Shown here: one piece after another, positions 29,154 through 47,495 of the stretch | Position numbering within the stretch: the stretch's first letter is position 1 | How the letters are laid out: each line of letters starts with the position of its first letter | From: the human T2T-CHM13v2.0 reference genome, Homo sapiens | Assembly (NCBI RefSeq): GCF_009914755.1 | Contig: NC_060940.1 | Length of the DNA: 64,000 nt | Reading direction: 5' to 3' (one strand) | The notes under the pieces: generated by a model | What the model saw: the letters and a program-made list of their open reading frames with translations, nothing else | What the model was told of the DNA's origin: nothing | The model's database searches: none | Made by a program: the position numbers and the translations under genes

Positions 29154-30484
29154 TTACTCCAAGGGCATTATTTTTATAAATAGAATGAGTACATCATCTC
29201 CATAGTTATGTAGAAGCAAAATTATCCAGAGGTGGTAGGTCAAAGTCAAGTTGCTAAGCCAGACCCTGCCCCGCTTGCCAGAGTGGCATTTGTTCAACTC
29301 TGGGCCCCGGCTGCATATTCAGTGACGTCACCGCAAAGGCAGAGTCTTGCTTCTACGTATCGCTTTTATGAAGTGAGAAGGACTCTTACTGGAGATGGGA
29401 ATGCTGTCCAGGAAATGTTCCTCCGATTTTGCTTTCATGCTTGTACTTCCTTATTTGCTGATAAAGGAAAGACAGATAAAGAGCAAGGATCACTTTGTTT
29501 CACATCTTGGTTGTAAAATACCCGAGTATGTTGGAAATTTTTGTTTCCCTAAAACAGAATATAAAAGTCGTTTTCTATGGAATGATCCAATGACTTTGTT
29601 TCTCTGCCCAGTCCATTAAAGTGGGGTTAAACAGTAGGCAAAATTGTGGACTTTATTACCTTTAAAACTCAAATCCCAAACAACACAGACAATTTGCTTT
29701 TGAACTAAACAGCCCCCTGCTCAGGATCAGTCTGTGCAAAACAGCCATCAATTTCTCTTAATTGGGAGGCTGGTTTTTAGCCAAGCATAATATGTTACAG
29801 TCCCAGCCCCAGATATGTATGTGCCCTTCAAGCAAGAGGCCATGGTAGTTTGCCTTTGGTCAAGCATTGGGCACCTCTCGTTAAATTAACATATAGCCCT
29901 TCCTTTGTGAGCTCTCAAGCTCCCTACAACACGGGACAGCAGCATTAAGTCCCATTAGCATCCTTTTGTGCACATACTCCGCATAGGCATGGCTGCTGCT
30001 CCGCCAGCACTTAATTTTCTCCACTCTGAGTGCTTGATTATATTTCTCTCTTTTCTTTTTTTTCCCCATCTTGAGGGGGCACTCCATAAGGCTTCACAGT
30101 CAATTTCCTCTTGGAGTTATTTTCCTGCAAAGTGTAAGAGTAAAATGGCAATGCCAGTTTTCAGCAAAGGCAGAAGTCTTAAGAGATGCAATCTGAACAG
30201 GGAAAAAAAAAAAAGGCACGTGGCTAAATATACTCAGCCACCTCACACTGTTTGCAAGCGCAACCTGAAATGGAGCAAGAGGAAATGCATGTCCGCATAT
30301 GTACTTTTCATCTGACCTTCACTGTTGAAACACACCAGCCTCTCGCCTTTAATCACATCTTCCGTGAAGTTCAATTTCATAGCTTCTCTGAGTTCACAGA
30401 CTGGCTTGCTGCAGACATGTTCTGTTGCCCTCCACCCCGTTGACTTGTACATTGCTTTTAAAAGATGTGAATTACTAGCTGACA

Positions 30485-30901
<417 letters not shown>

Positions 30902-31307
30902 TGAGGATAAGGCAGAAGAGAAACAAGTATATAATGTGTCAGGAGACAACAGGGCTGATAAGAAAAATAAAATAGGAAGGGGATAGAGAAAAATGGCCAG
31001 GGGCTGCTATTTTATATGGAGGGTGCAGGGGCTTCCCCTTGATGAGGTGATACTTAAGTAGAGGAGAGGTCAGAGAAGCAGCCATGGGTCAGATTGCATG
31101 GGGCTTGAGGGCAGAAATAAAGATACGGGATTCTCCTTAAGTTTGAGGGGAAACCATCATACCTGTTTTACATCTCTGGTGAAAGGAAGACACCGCTTTC
31201 CAGAGAGTTCTGCCAAAGTGGCAAGTCTTAGTTATGTTGGCTTTCCTGGGCACATGGTTGTATGCTGCAATGGATGATATGTTCACCGTTTAAGTGGTAT
31301 TGTCTCT

Positions 31308-31591
31308 TGCTGGGCGCTGTGGCTCACATCTGTAATACCAGCACTTTGGGAGGTGAAGGGTCGCTTAAGATCAGGGGTTCGAGACCAGCCTGACCAACAT
31401 GGTGAAACCCCATCTCTACTAAAAATATAAAAATTAGCCAGGTGTAGTGGCACACACCTGTAATCCCAGCTACTCAGGAGGCCGAGGCAGGAGAATCACT
31501 TGAACCTAGGAGGCAGAAGTTACAGGAGCCGAGATGGAGCCACTGTACTGCAGGGGCAGAGTGAAACTCCATCTCAAAAAAAAAAAAAAAA
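31308..31591 (+). mobile_element. Alu (AluS-like)
   Basis: TSD tattgtctct. Confidence 0.9.
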
Positions 31592-31699
31592 TTATATTGT
31601 CTCTGTTGATGTATCAGGAATGAAACAAAGTTTACGTTTTAAAAAATTATGATACTTATTTTCCTGATAATGCATAATTGATATAAAAAATTCAAATGA

Positions 31700-31782
31700 C
31701 AAGGCTACCATAAGCGATGATTATGCCACTGCACTCCAGCCTGGGTGACAGAGCAAGACCCTGTCTCTAAAAGAAAAAAAAC
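31700..31782 (+). mobile_element. 5'-truncated Alu (last ~80 bp)
   Basis: TSD aaaaaat(t)caaatga on both sides. Confidence 0.85.
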
Positions 31783-32425
31783 AAAAAATCAAATGATACA
31801 AAGAAAACAAAAGTCCTTTCATAATCCCACTGCCCCAGAGATAATTATTGTGAGTAGATGGGTAGATAACCATCCGGACTAAAAATGACATATTTCATTA
31901 TATCCAAGAAGAGATCATTGATCCAGAATATCCTGGACCTGTCTCGTTCCCAGTGAGTGGTATCTCCCAAGTTTAGTTACCTCTGAAGTCCCTGAGAGCG
32001 TGATACGTGACAGGAAGACAGGGCCACCCTGACGTCTTCTGGAATGCCTTCTGAGTGTTCTTTCCATTGGGTGGATGGTGGCATGGGGTGAGTCTGGTTT
32101 TTTCTCACAGTAACAGTTCAGTGTCTTAAAGTGGTTATTGCTGACATTTATAAACGACTAAAGACCACCATCCTTGGCCAGCCCACCCCAACCCTGCCCC
32201 CAGCCAGACTCTGCAGCACATCCCTTCAGTCTTCCTTCATTCGTTCCAGTGATGAGACTTAGGGCAGTTTCAATGCGTGGGGTTTACCACAGCAGGAACT
32301 TAGGGCAGTTCCTGCTGTTTGGGGTTACCATATAAATGACCTCTGAGTGGGTGCCTTTTTAACATTTTTAATGGTTATTTTCACATAAATGGGATTATAC
32401 CATCCATGCTATTTGATTTTCCCAC

Positions 32426-33044
32426 TTTTTTTTTTTTTTCTTTTTGAGACAAAGTCTCGCTCTGCCACCCAGGCTGGAGTGCAGTAGCACAATCACAGCT
32501 CATTGCAACCTCTACCTCCCAGGATAAAGCAGTCATCCTGCGTCAGCCTCCCGAAGAGCTGAGACAACAGGAACTCACCACCACATCCAGCTAATTGTTG
32601 GGGAGTTTTTTGGTAGAGATAGGGTCTCATATCCCACTATGTTGCCCTGGCTGGTCTTGAACTCCTGGGCTCAAGCAATCCTCCTGCCTCAGCCTCCCAA
32701 ATTTCCAGATATTACAAGGCTAAGCCACCATGGCCAGCCCCATTTACTTATTTATTTATTTAAAGACGGAGTCTTGCTCTGTCACCCTGGCTGGAGTGCA
32801 GTGGTGAGATCTTGGCTCACTGCAACCTCTGCCTCCTGGGTTCAAGCAGTTCTTCTGCCTCAGCCTGTCATGTAGCTGGGACTACAGGCACGTGCCAACA
32901 CACCTGGCTAATTTTTGAATTTTTAGTAGAGATGGGATTTCACCATGTTGGCCAGGCTAGTCTCGAACTCCTGACCTCAGGTGATCTGCCCGCCTCAGCC
33001 TCCCAAAGTGCTAGGATTACAGATGTGAGCCACTGTGCCTGGCC
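32426..33044 (-). mobile_element. Two tandem Alus (32426-32740, 32742-33044)
   Basis: Two consecutive reverse dimers. Confidence 0.9.
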
Positions 33045-33376
33045 TCCCATTTTTTAAAAAAACTCAACAACATACCTTGGCCATCTTTCTACACTGGTAC
33101 TCACTCAACTGCCATACAGCTCCATGGTTCAGAGCACTGTTTTAGGAGTTGGTGGCCTGAGTTTGGATCCTGGTCCATTGACTGGCTGTGTGCCAGCAAT
33201 GGTGTTGATGTAGCAGGGATGAGAGTGATCAGATCCACTTTAGGAGCAAGAGCAGAGGGTGATTTAATGAGGAGAAGATGGGAGGCAGGGAGACCAACAG
33301 AAGAGCGAGGCCCCAGCATGTCTTCAGGGACAGGAAGTTGTTTTTACCATGCCCAGTTTTCTGTGCTTGTCCCTAG

Positions 33377-33505
33377 GATACCAAATCTCCCACCAGTACC
33401 AAGCCCTGTGGTTTTAACTTCTCCCTTCTGAATGCATGTGGACATTCTGACCCTTCAAGCAGCGTGGACAAAGAAAGGATCCTCTTAACTATTCAGGATG
33501 TGATG
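33377..33505 (+). CDS. KATNIP: Candidate alternative in-frame KATNIP cassette exon, 129 nt / 43 aa
   Basis: ttttctgtgcttgtccctag|GAT acceptor, ATG|gtaaga donor, stop-free in phase 0 (the host intron phase): DTKSPTSTKPCGFNFSLLNACGHSDPSSSVDKERILLTIQDVM. Confidence 0.65.
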
Positions 33506-33616
33506 GTAAGATCAGTTTTCAGCATCCTAACCCCTAAGGGCTGGGGATCTTTTCCGTAGCCAAGCAGCTGTGCCTGCCTTAAGATGGACTCCGTGAGAGA
33601 GTCTAGGAAAACCACA

Positions 33617-33920
33617 GGGCGGGCACGGTGGCTTATACCTGTAATCCCAGCGCTTTGGGAGGCTGAGGCAGGAGGATGGCTTGAGCTCAGGAGTTAGAGA
33701 CCAGCCTGGGAAACAGCAAGACCTTGTCTCAACTAAAAATTTTTAAAATGTGCAGGGTGTGGTGGCATGTGCCTGCAGTCCCAGGTACTTGAGAAACTGA
33801 GGCCGGAGGATCACTTGAGTCCAGGAATTCAAGGTTGCAGTGAGCTATGATTGTGCTACTGCATGTCTGCCTGGATGACAAAGAGAGAAGCTGTCTCAAA
33901 ACAAATATACAAACAAAAAC
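33617..33920 (+). mobile_element. Alu (AluJ-like)
   Basis: Full dimer. Confidence 0.9.
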
Positions 33921-33944
33921 CGCTGGGCTGCTACCCCCTAGAAT

Positions 33945-33946
<2 letters not shown>

Positions 33947-33994
<48 letters not shown>
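33947..33994. repeat. Perfect (AT)24 microsatellite
   Basis: 48 bp uninterrupted. Confidence 0.95.
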
Positions 33995-33998
<4 letters not shown>

Positions 33999-34163
33999 TT
34001 TGTTTGTTTGTTTAAAGAGATGGAGTCTTGCTCTGTCTCCCAGGCTAGAATACAGTGGTGCAATCATGGCTCACTGCGGCTTTGAACTCCTGGGCTCTAG
34101 TGATCCTCCCACCTCAGCCTCCCAAGTAGCTGGGGTTACAGGTACGCACCACCATGTCCAGCC

Positions 34164-34195
<32 letters not shown>

Positions 34196-34314
34196 TTGAG
34201 AGACAAGGTCTTGCTTTATTGCCCAGGCTGGTCTCAAACTCCTGGCTCAAGTGATCCTCCTGCCTCAACCTCCCAAAGTGCTGGGATTACAGGCATGAGC
34301 CGCTGCGCCTGGCC
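33995..34314 (-). mobile_element. Alu (AluJ-like)
   Basis: Reverse dimer with (TTTG)n tail. Confidence 0.9.
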
Positions 34315-34719
34315 AGAAGATGTAAAACAATTCACAAGAGATTTGACTTAATGATGTTACATTTAAATAATAAGAGCTCACGTTAAATGAGCACTTACCG
34401 AGTGCCAAGCACCATGTTGAGCATGTAACATCCATCACGACGTTAACCCTGTGAGTTAAGTTCTAGGGATTTTCATTCCCATGTTATGGTTTGAGGAAAC
34501 TGAGGAATAAAGAAATAATGTTGCTCACCCAGGCCTCAGGGAAGCCCCTGCTGGAAGCCCAGGCTCATGACTCCTTGTTCCTTACAATTCACAGTCACAG
34601 GCGGGGAATATTGCACTCACCTGGTTTTGCTCAGAATGTGCCACAGTCTGTTGTGAATATTATTGATGTTATACCCAGGAGCAAGGTATTCAGAGGTGAC
34701 CATCCATCAGTTATGCTTA

Positions 34720-35712
<993 letters not shown>

Positions 35713-36210
35713 TCCTAAAAAAAAACACAATAAAGGCAGTGTGATGAGATCCTAGGGGTGTGAGGGAGAGGAATTGCTACATAAAAGGAGAATTTTGGAA
35801 AATGAATGAAATTTGAGATGAACTATATTATATTAGATAATATTGTATTGATGTTAAATTTTCTGAGTTTGATAGTTACATTGTGGCCATGTAAGAGAAT
35901 GTCCTTGTTCTCTGGAGACACATGCTGAAGTGTGCAGGCATGAGGGGCTGTGCATAAATGGGTCAGGATCAAGAATATGTGTGTACATATTGAGAAGGAA
36001 AAAGTGGGAGGGGAGAGAAGGAGAGAAATGTGGCAAAATGTTAACAACTGGTGAATATACGTGAAGGGTATTTGGGTGTTCATTATACTAGCATGATACG
36101 TTTTCTGTAGGTTTTACATTTTTTCAAAATAGAAAAAGCTAGCACATTAAAGAGGAGAGGAGCTGCTCCAGTAGAACTAAGCATCACCAAAAGAAGAAAT
36201 AGAGAAAAAT

Positions 36211-36737
<527 letters not shown>

Positions 36738-37514
36738 TTATGCTGTAGTTATACAAGGTATTACCATTGGGGGAAACTGGGTGAAGGGTACATGGGCTCT
36801 CTCTTTATTTTTCCTTACAAATGGCATGGGAAATCTATAATTAGCTCAACATAAAGAGTAAAAATTAAATAAAAACACAAATACCCAGGTCTTACCACTC
36901 AGAGGATCTGATTCTGGGTTTGCACTCAGCCATTGTTCCCTTTTTTAACGTCCTTATGTGACTATAATTTGTCGCAATGTTTGAGAACCATAGTTATAAG
37001 GAAAAGATAAAGCTGCAGTTCTCAAAGTTGGATATGCATAAGAATCGCTTAGGATATTTGTTTAAGACGCATTTTTTAGGTCTGAACTTTTAAGCTAATA
37101 GAATTTGTAGATAGGAGGTAGCACATTTTTAGCAAAAGAACTCCCAGTGATTCTGAACCAGAGACCTGAAGATTAGAGCACACTTCCAATGGAAGGAGCA
37201 TCTTTTAAGTTACTTTGGACTTTTTGGCTTAGATTTGAGGACTGTAAAAAAGGGATATTTTAAAAAATCAAAATTAAAAGCTTTTCTACATTGTACAAAG
37301 TTAAGATGACCAACCAGTTAAAAAGCAACAAAAATACAGAGTTTCACCAAGGTCAGAAAGGTACAGGATGGAAGGTGGGGTCTGCCCTTCTCTTTGGAAC
37401 CATATTCTGCACTTCTGGAAACCTGGAGGGGAGACGATGTCCCTTAAAAAAATAACAGATGGAAGTACAGAAGCAGATAGCCCCTAAAAATATCTCCTGT
37501 ACTATAGGTCAATT

Positions 37515-37832
37515 TGTTTTTTGTTGTTGTTGTTGTTTGTTTGTTTTTTCAGAGTCTCACTCAGCTGCCCAGGCTGGAGTGCAGTGGCATGATCTCAGCT
37601 CACTGTGACCTCTGCCTTCCGGGTTCAAGCAGTTCTCATCCCTCAGCTTCCTGAGTAGCTGGGATTACAGATGTGTGCCAGCATGCCCAGCTAATTTTTT
37701 TTTTTTTTCCCAGTAGAGACGGGGTTTCACCATGTTGGCCAGGCTAGTCTCAAACTTCTAACCTCAAGTGATACACCTGCCTTGGTCTCCCAAAGTGCTG
37801 GGATTACAGGCGTGAGCCACCATGCCTGGCCT
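37515..37832 (-). mobile_element. Alu (AluS-like)
   Basis: TSD taggtcaatttgt. Confidence 0.92.
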
Positions 37833-37995
37833 GTAGGTCAATTTGTATCCAAAATATTGACCATTAATATCAAAAAAAGACTGAATTATGTTCAGCATAG
37901 TCTTTTAAGAAGACAAGGAAGTATTCATATATTTTCAAAATATTTACATACAGAATAATTTGTTTAGGTTTTTTACTATTTAAATGGGTAAATTT

Positions 37996-38291
37996 GGCTG
38001 GGCTCAGTGACTCATGCCTGTAATCCTGGTGCTTGGGAGGCCGAGGCAGGAGGATCACTTGAGGCCAGAAGTTGCAGATTAACCTAGGCAACATAGTGAG
38101 AATTCATCTCTATAAAAAATTAAAATTAGCTGGGCATGCTAATCTGCACCTCTAGTCCCAGCTGCTCGGGAGGCTGAGGTGGGAAGATTGCATGACACCA
38201 GGAGTTTGAGGCTCCCCTAAGCCATGATCGCACCACTACCCTCCAGCCTGGGGGACAGAGCAAGACCCTGTCTATACAAAAAAAAAAAAAA
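37996..38291 (+). mobile_element. Alu (AluJ-like)
   Basis: Full dimer. Confidence 0.9.
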
Positions 38292-38943
38292 GTGAATTTT
38301 AGATAAATAGAAAATTAATTTTGCATTGTTATTATATTAAGACAGTACTATGTTATGAAAATAAATATGTACCCATCCTATTTGGTTTTTCTAAGTTTGG
38401 TTACATTTTAAAATGTGGCTCAAACTTGAGAAAAAACAATGCAGAGAAAATAGAGGCATGTAGGAGAGGCTTTCTGATTAGGTATGACTTGAAAAAATAT
38501 GCTAAAATGCAGGATAAGGATAGAAATACACTGAGGAATGGGAGGGAGTGTGGCCAAACTGAGGGCTCAGATTCGTGACTAGAAGGGCCAGCTTCAGCTC
38601 ACAGATGTGTTCTGTTGGCCGGTTTGGTGGCACGCCATGGTTATCATTGTTGCTGTTTGACTTGGACTTAGAAAACTTTTCTTCTGAGCATGCACCCCCA
38701 GTTTGGCCTGGTCCCCACTACCTATTGTACAACACTGTGGTTTATTTGATAGTTTATATAACATTACGCCTCCTGAGGATGTCGGAGTTTGCGAGTCTTG
38801 TTTTAGGGAGGAGAAATACCAAGTGACAGATTCCGCAAGCCTGGGAAGGTAGCTTGGGTTTTTCCATAAACATTCTGGGGCCTTGGCTAAGTCATACTCC
38901 TCTGGGGCCCCCATTTCCTCCTTTAACAAGAAGCGGTGAATTA

Positions 38944-39566
<623 letters not shown>

Positions 39567-40127
39567 ATTGCTCTAGGTCTTTTGCAAGTTCAGTATTTAG
39601 GGCCTCAAACACCTTCCCCCATCCCAGATCTAAGCTTCATGATAGCAGAATGTGCTCCGTCTCATTGCCTGCTGTGTCTCTTGTCCCTAGAAAAGTGCCT
39701 GGCATAGAGTTGGTCTGCAAATAAATCTTCATTGAGCAAGTGGATTGAATGATTGAATCAATGAGTGAGTGGTATAGCTGTTGATTAGGCACCCTGACCA
39801 GCCCACACAAGGGACTTCAGTCATCACATCACTGAGTTATGATTACAGTGAGTGTTTTCCAAACTGTGAATCAGGACACATAATCTAACAAGGAATTTTT
39901 GTGTTGCTTGGGGTAGAAGAGTCAGTTTGAGATATGTAGTTTGGATCCTGAAATATTGGGATTTCTGGCACATGTTCTTAATGTGAGAGAATATTTTAAA
40001 TCACCTGAGTGAGGCAGGTGGGTCAGTCAGGGCATGCAGGGAATGGTGGGGATAGTAGCAGACAATCACAGTGGACTGTCATCGTGTAGAAATATGGGCC
40101 TAGTGGTGCCAGGCTTTTTAGGTTTAA

Positions 40128-40458
<331 letters not shown>

Positions 40459-40514
40459 TGGGTTTCTTTATGTTTGATTTCCCCCAATTATTTCTATGTT
40501 GGCAACTAATTTAT

Positions 40515-41005
<491 letters not shown>

Positions 41006-41904
41006 TAATTCACAATTTCCTGTGGACCAAACAAAATATACCTGCTGGCCAGATGTGGCCTTTAGACTACCAACTTGCAACTTCTGGTTTAGATAATGAA
41101 AGCTTTGTCAGTTCCTGATGAGACAGGAGGAAGAGCTCTTTCTCCTTGACAGTGGCTCTTGACCTAGCCCGTCTGTTACCCAGAAACATCAAAGGCCCCC
41201 AGGGATGACCAACTGGACAGCTCAGACCAAAAGACGGCTGGCTTGTGGCATTAGAAAGGGCCCTGGGCAGGTGGGTCAGACAGCACAGGGCAAGCTGAGC
41301 AGGAATAATTTGGTGATGAGCATGAATGATGTGAAATGATGCTGAACAAGCACTAAATGCCCATGAATTACAGGTCCAGAAGTAAGAGATGTAGTGATCC
41401 CATCCCTCAGTAGGGTGTTTCTACAAATGAAGGTGCCAGATGAATTGAACTTAATAAAGCATATTTTTCAATCTTAATGAAAATAAAGATTAACTTCTGA
41501 ATCAATATTAGAATAACTTTAATATCTTGCATTTATAGCCGACCTAGAATTTCTTAGGTATGATGTGAAACAATTTTTACATTATTTTGTATCATTTTAT
41601 CTAACACCTAATACATGGGTGCCTTCTCATTTAAAAAGATTCAAACAGTTTAGAAGTAAGTTGAGTATAATATGAAAAGCTGTCTATATCTACCCAGCCA
41701 AACCATCTCCAGCTTTTACTTTTATTGAGCAAGTATACGTTATTTATTTAGTCATCCATTCATTCATTTACTCATTTATTTATTTTTTTTTCAGCTTATT
41801 TCTGCTTTCATCTTAATTCCTCTCTTAAACTTTTTGGTATCACATTGGTTCTCCCTGACCTCCACCACTGTAACCTGACTTAAGTTAAATGTTTAATTTA
41901 TTTT

Positions 41905-42896
<992 letters not shown>

Positions 42897-43897
42897 TAGG
42901 AGAGTTTTCCCAAACGTTCTAAGTAAACAGTTTTTTGTTTATCTAGTTTTGTATTTTTGCTATCGTTTTGTATTAGTTTCTAATTTGGCCACATTATGAT
43001 TTAAAATGGCCTAAAATTAAAGATGGTTTAATTTCTGGGTTTTGAAAGTTACTGAGGTTTTTTGTTTGTGGCCTACCAGATGATTTTTATGAATGTTCTA
43101 TGATATTTCAAAAGAATAATCATTCTCTTTTTGGTACAAAGTTCTCAATATATCTGTTAAATCACACACGATTAGTTGTAATACTTAACTGGGTGATTCT
43201 TAAAGTGTGGTCTCAGACTACCTATATTAGCATCACCTGGGCTGCTTATTAAAGCTGTGAATTCTCACACCACACCCATAGGTATAGAACTGGATTTGGA
43301 GGAGGCATGGAGTGCTCAGAGCCTGCATTTTTAATAAGCTTCCCTGGAAACTCTCATACTCATTAGCAAACCACCGCTGTAGGGCTTGACTTACTTTTTG
43401 TCTCTTTGATCTGGTTGATATCTGTGAACTTGTCAGTTTTCCCCTGCATTTGTTTTTGCCTTATATATTTCAAATATCTGTCATTCTTTGCATATAGAGT
43501 CAAAATGTTTTTTGAGAGAGTGTACCTTTCATCCATATGAATATATCTGTCTCAAAATCTTTGTCCCATTGAAAACACTAAGTGGGCCTTTTCAGCAAAA
43601 ATTTCAGGGCCGTAAAAACTTCCATAGAAGGAGCAGTGTGTGCATGTGCATGTGTAGGTGAGTTCAGCATCAAGATGTGTGACAGGGAGCCCTGAGGCTA
43701 GAGTGGGGGGCCGCTTTTAGGGCTGCAGCCTGTCCCCGGCTATATTAAGTAAGGGGCAGCAGAGAGGCTCACCCGTAGGCTGAAGCCAGGGGCATCTGCA
43801 CGCTTGTGTCTTTCTTTAGCACTGGAAATTTTTCATTTATTATTACTACTGTTATTATCATTCTCTTTCATTGTTTCTGCTCTGTTCTCCGGAGGTT

Positions 43898-44709
<812 letters not shown>

Positions 44710-45162
44710 TAGTTCTTTATGGATGTGATCTCTCCCCTCTATCTTTCAGGAATTCCTGAAATTTTCTAGTCAGCCAGTGGCATTCCTTGATATTTGGTCT
44801 TTATCCTGCTATCCCTATCCAATCTCCTTATGGATTGCTCAGCCAGGGTGATGCTGAGGGGTTTGGCCAGGGGCCCACAAACCAGGAAAGCATTGGGCAG
44901 TCTCCCAGGCCCATCTACTTCCTGAGTTCATTTTGTCTTCTATCACTCTCTTCCCTAGACAAAGATTGTTTTGGTTTTTCTCCAGTGATGCACTTTAGAG
45001 GCTGAACTCCAGGGTACTTTATAAATACACTTAGCTTTGAATTAAAATTCATGGCAGTAAGAAGGTGTCAGAAAACTAAAGATATTGCTCAGGTATTTAA
45101 AACACATGTATAATTCAAATTTTCCTAGCCTTAGTTCTATCAAAATTGATGTAGGGGAATGA

Positions 45163-45483
45163 GTTTTTGTTTTGTTTTGTTTTGTTTTGTTTTGTTTTGT
45201 TTTGTTTTTGACAGAGTCTCACTCTGTCACCCAGGCTGAAGTATAGTGGTGCAGTCTTGACTCACTACAACTTCTGCCTCCCGGGTTCAAGCGATTCTCC
45301 TGCCTCAGCCTCCTGAGTAACTGGGATTACAGGTGTCCACCACCACACCAGGCTAATTTTTGTATTTTTAGTAGAGATGGGGTTTCACCATGTTGACCAG
45401 GCTGGTCTCGAACTCCTGACCTCAAGTGACTTCGGCCTGCCAAAGTGTTGGGATTACAGGTGTGAGCCACCATGCCCAGCCGG
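45163..45483 (-). mobile_element. Alu with (TTTTG)n tail
   Basis: Reverse dimer. Confidence 0.92.
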
Positions 45484-45795
45484 TCGGGAATGCGATTTTT
45501 AAAATATGCAGAGTTAGGACAGGCATGGTGGTTCACGCCTGTAATCCCAGTACTTTGGGATGCCGAGGTAGGAGGATCACTTGAGTTGACCCTAAAGTTA
45601 GGGCACAAGCCACTTTATTATGGACGTGGACTGGCAAGCCCTAAGTTTGGGTTTTTGGCGCTCATTACTCTGGTAATCTGTTATGGATTACATAAGAGAT
45701 GTTGCCAGATTGTAGATTCCGTAAGTCTGTCTTGTTCATCACTCCATCCCTAGCACCTAGCAGTCACACCTGCTTATGGGGGACACGTATATTCA

Positions 45796-46143
<348 letters not shown>

Positions 46144-46993
46144 TCAACTAACTCTTCAGTGCTGGGTAAAAAGCCTTCATGGTCCAGGCAGATTAATAAT
46201 ATGAATGTGTAAAATGCCTCATATAGTACAAGAGAAGTTAGTGGGAATTATCACAACTAGCAATATATGCCAGACTCAAGACATTCAACTCCCAGTTTTA
46301 CAAAACTGCCAACCAAATGAGAGACATTATTGGGGTTCCAGGGGCAGGGGGTTGGTTGGGGAGGTCTGGCCTTTCTGCCTGCATGTCAGTGATCTCTACC
46401 CCCAAGACTGCTGCTAGCTCTTGAGGACTGTCTTAAAGTTTCCACTGTGGCTTCATGGTCTAAGCATCCAAGCTTCTAATAGGCAGATTCAGTAGCATCT
46501 GAGAAATAAAAGATGCCATCATCAAAATTTTAAATTTTCTGTAAAAACTAGAACCCTATTAAAGCAATCACAAAACACTGATTCTTAGCTGTTAATTTCG
46601 TTTTGACCCCTCAGCAGCCTTTTTTTTGTGAGCTAATCAGGGCACATTTTCCCATAGCAAAGGTGAGGGCTTGAAGCTCAGCAACTCACCTGGGGACACA
46701 GGGTAAACTGAGTGAGGCCCAGAACTTAGACCCAGCTCATTCTCCTTTGTAAGTAGAGTTAGGAGTTTAATGCTTCATCCACTCAAACTTAACACATACA
46801 TGAACATGTTTAGTGGCCTCAAGGCAGCTTTGTGTCTAAACCTCTTACGGGCAGGTTTATCAATTTTGTGCAAGTCAGTGGACAGTCACTGTGCCCCTGA
46901 CTTTCATCCCTCTCTGGAGACCAGTTGCTTCCAAGTTGGTACCAGGCAGGGAATAAACATGATCACATGGTTAAGAGTCTGGACTTTAGAGTC

Positions 46994-47355
46994 TGATATG
47001 GTTTGGCTGTGTCCCCACCCAAATCTCATCTTGAATTGTAACTCCCACAATTCCCACATGTGGTGGGTGGATCCAGGTGGGAGGTGATTGAATTATGGGG
47101 TGAGTCTTTTCTGTGCTGTTCTTGTGATAGTGAATGAGTCTCAGGAGATCTGATGGTTTTTAAAATGGGAGTTTCCCTGCCCAAGTTCTCTCTCTTTGCC
47201 TACTGCCATCCATGTAAGAGGTGACTTGCTCCTCATTGTCTTCTGCCATGATTGTGAGGCCTCCCCAGCCATGTGGAACTGTAAGTCAAGTAAACCTCTT
47301 TTTCTTCCCAGTCGTGGGTGCGTCTTTATCAGCAGCGTGAAAACGGACTAATACA
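46994..47355 (+). mobile_element. THE1B-like solo LTR inserted in a MIR
   Basis: tgatatggtttggctgtgtccccacc…ggactaataca, 362 bp, perfect 5-bp TSD gagtc. Confidence 0.93.
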
Positions 47356-47495
47356 GAGTCAGATGGTCATTCCTCCATACCCTGGGTCTGCCATTACTGG
47401 CCATGTGACCTTGAACTTGTACTTAAGTCCTCCAGGCCTGTAAGATGAGGAGACCTACTGCACTGGCGTGTTAGGAGGTTGAAATGAAATGAGGT

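Noticed and set aside
47260-47272. PRDM9 hotspot motif position in THE1B
   Set aside because: Reads cctccccagccat, missing the T7 and C13 of CCNCCNTNNCCNC.
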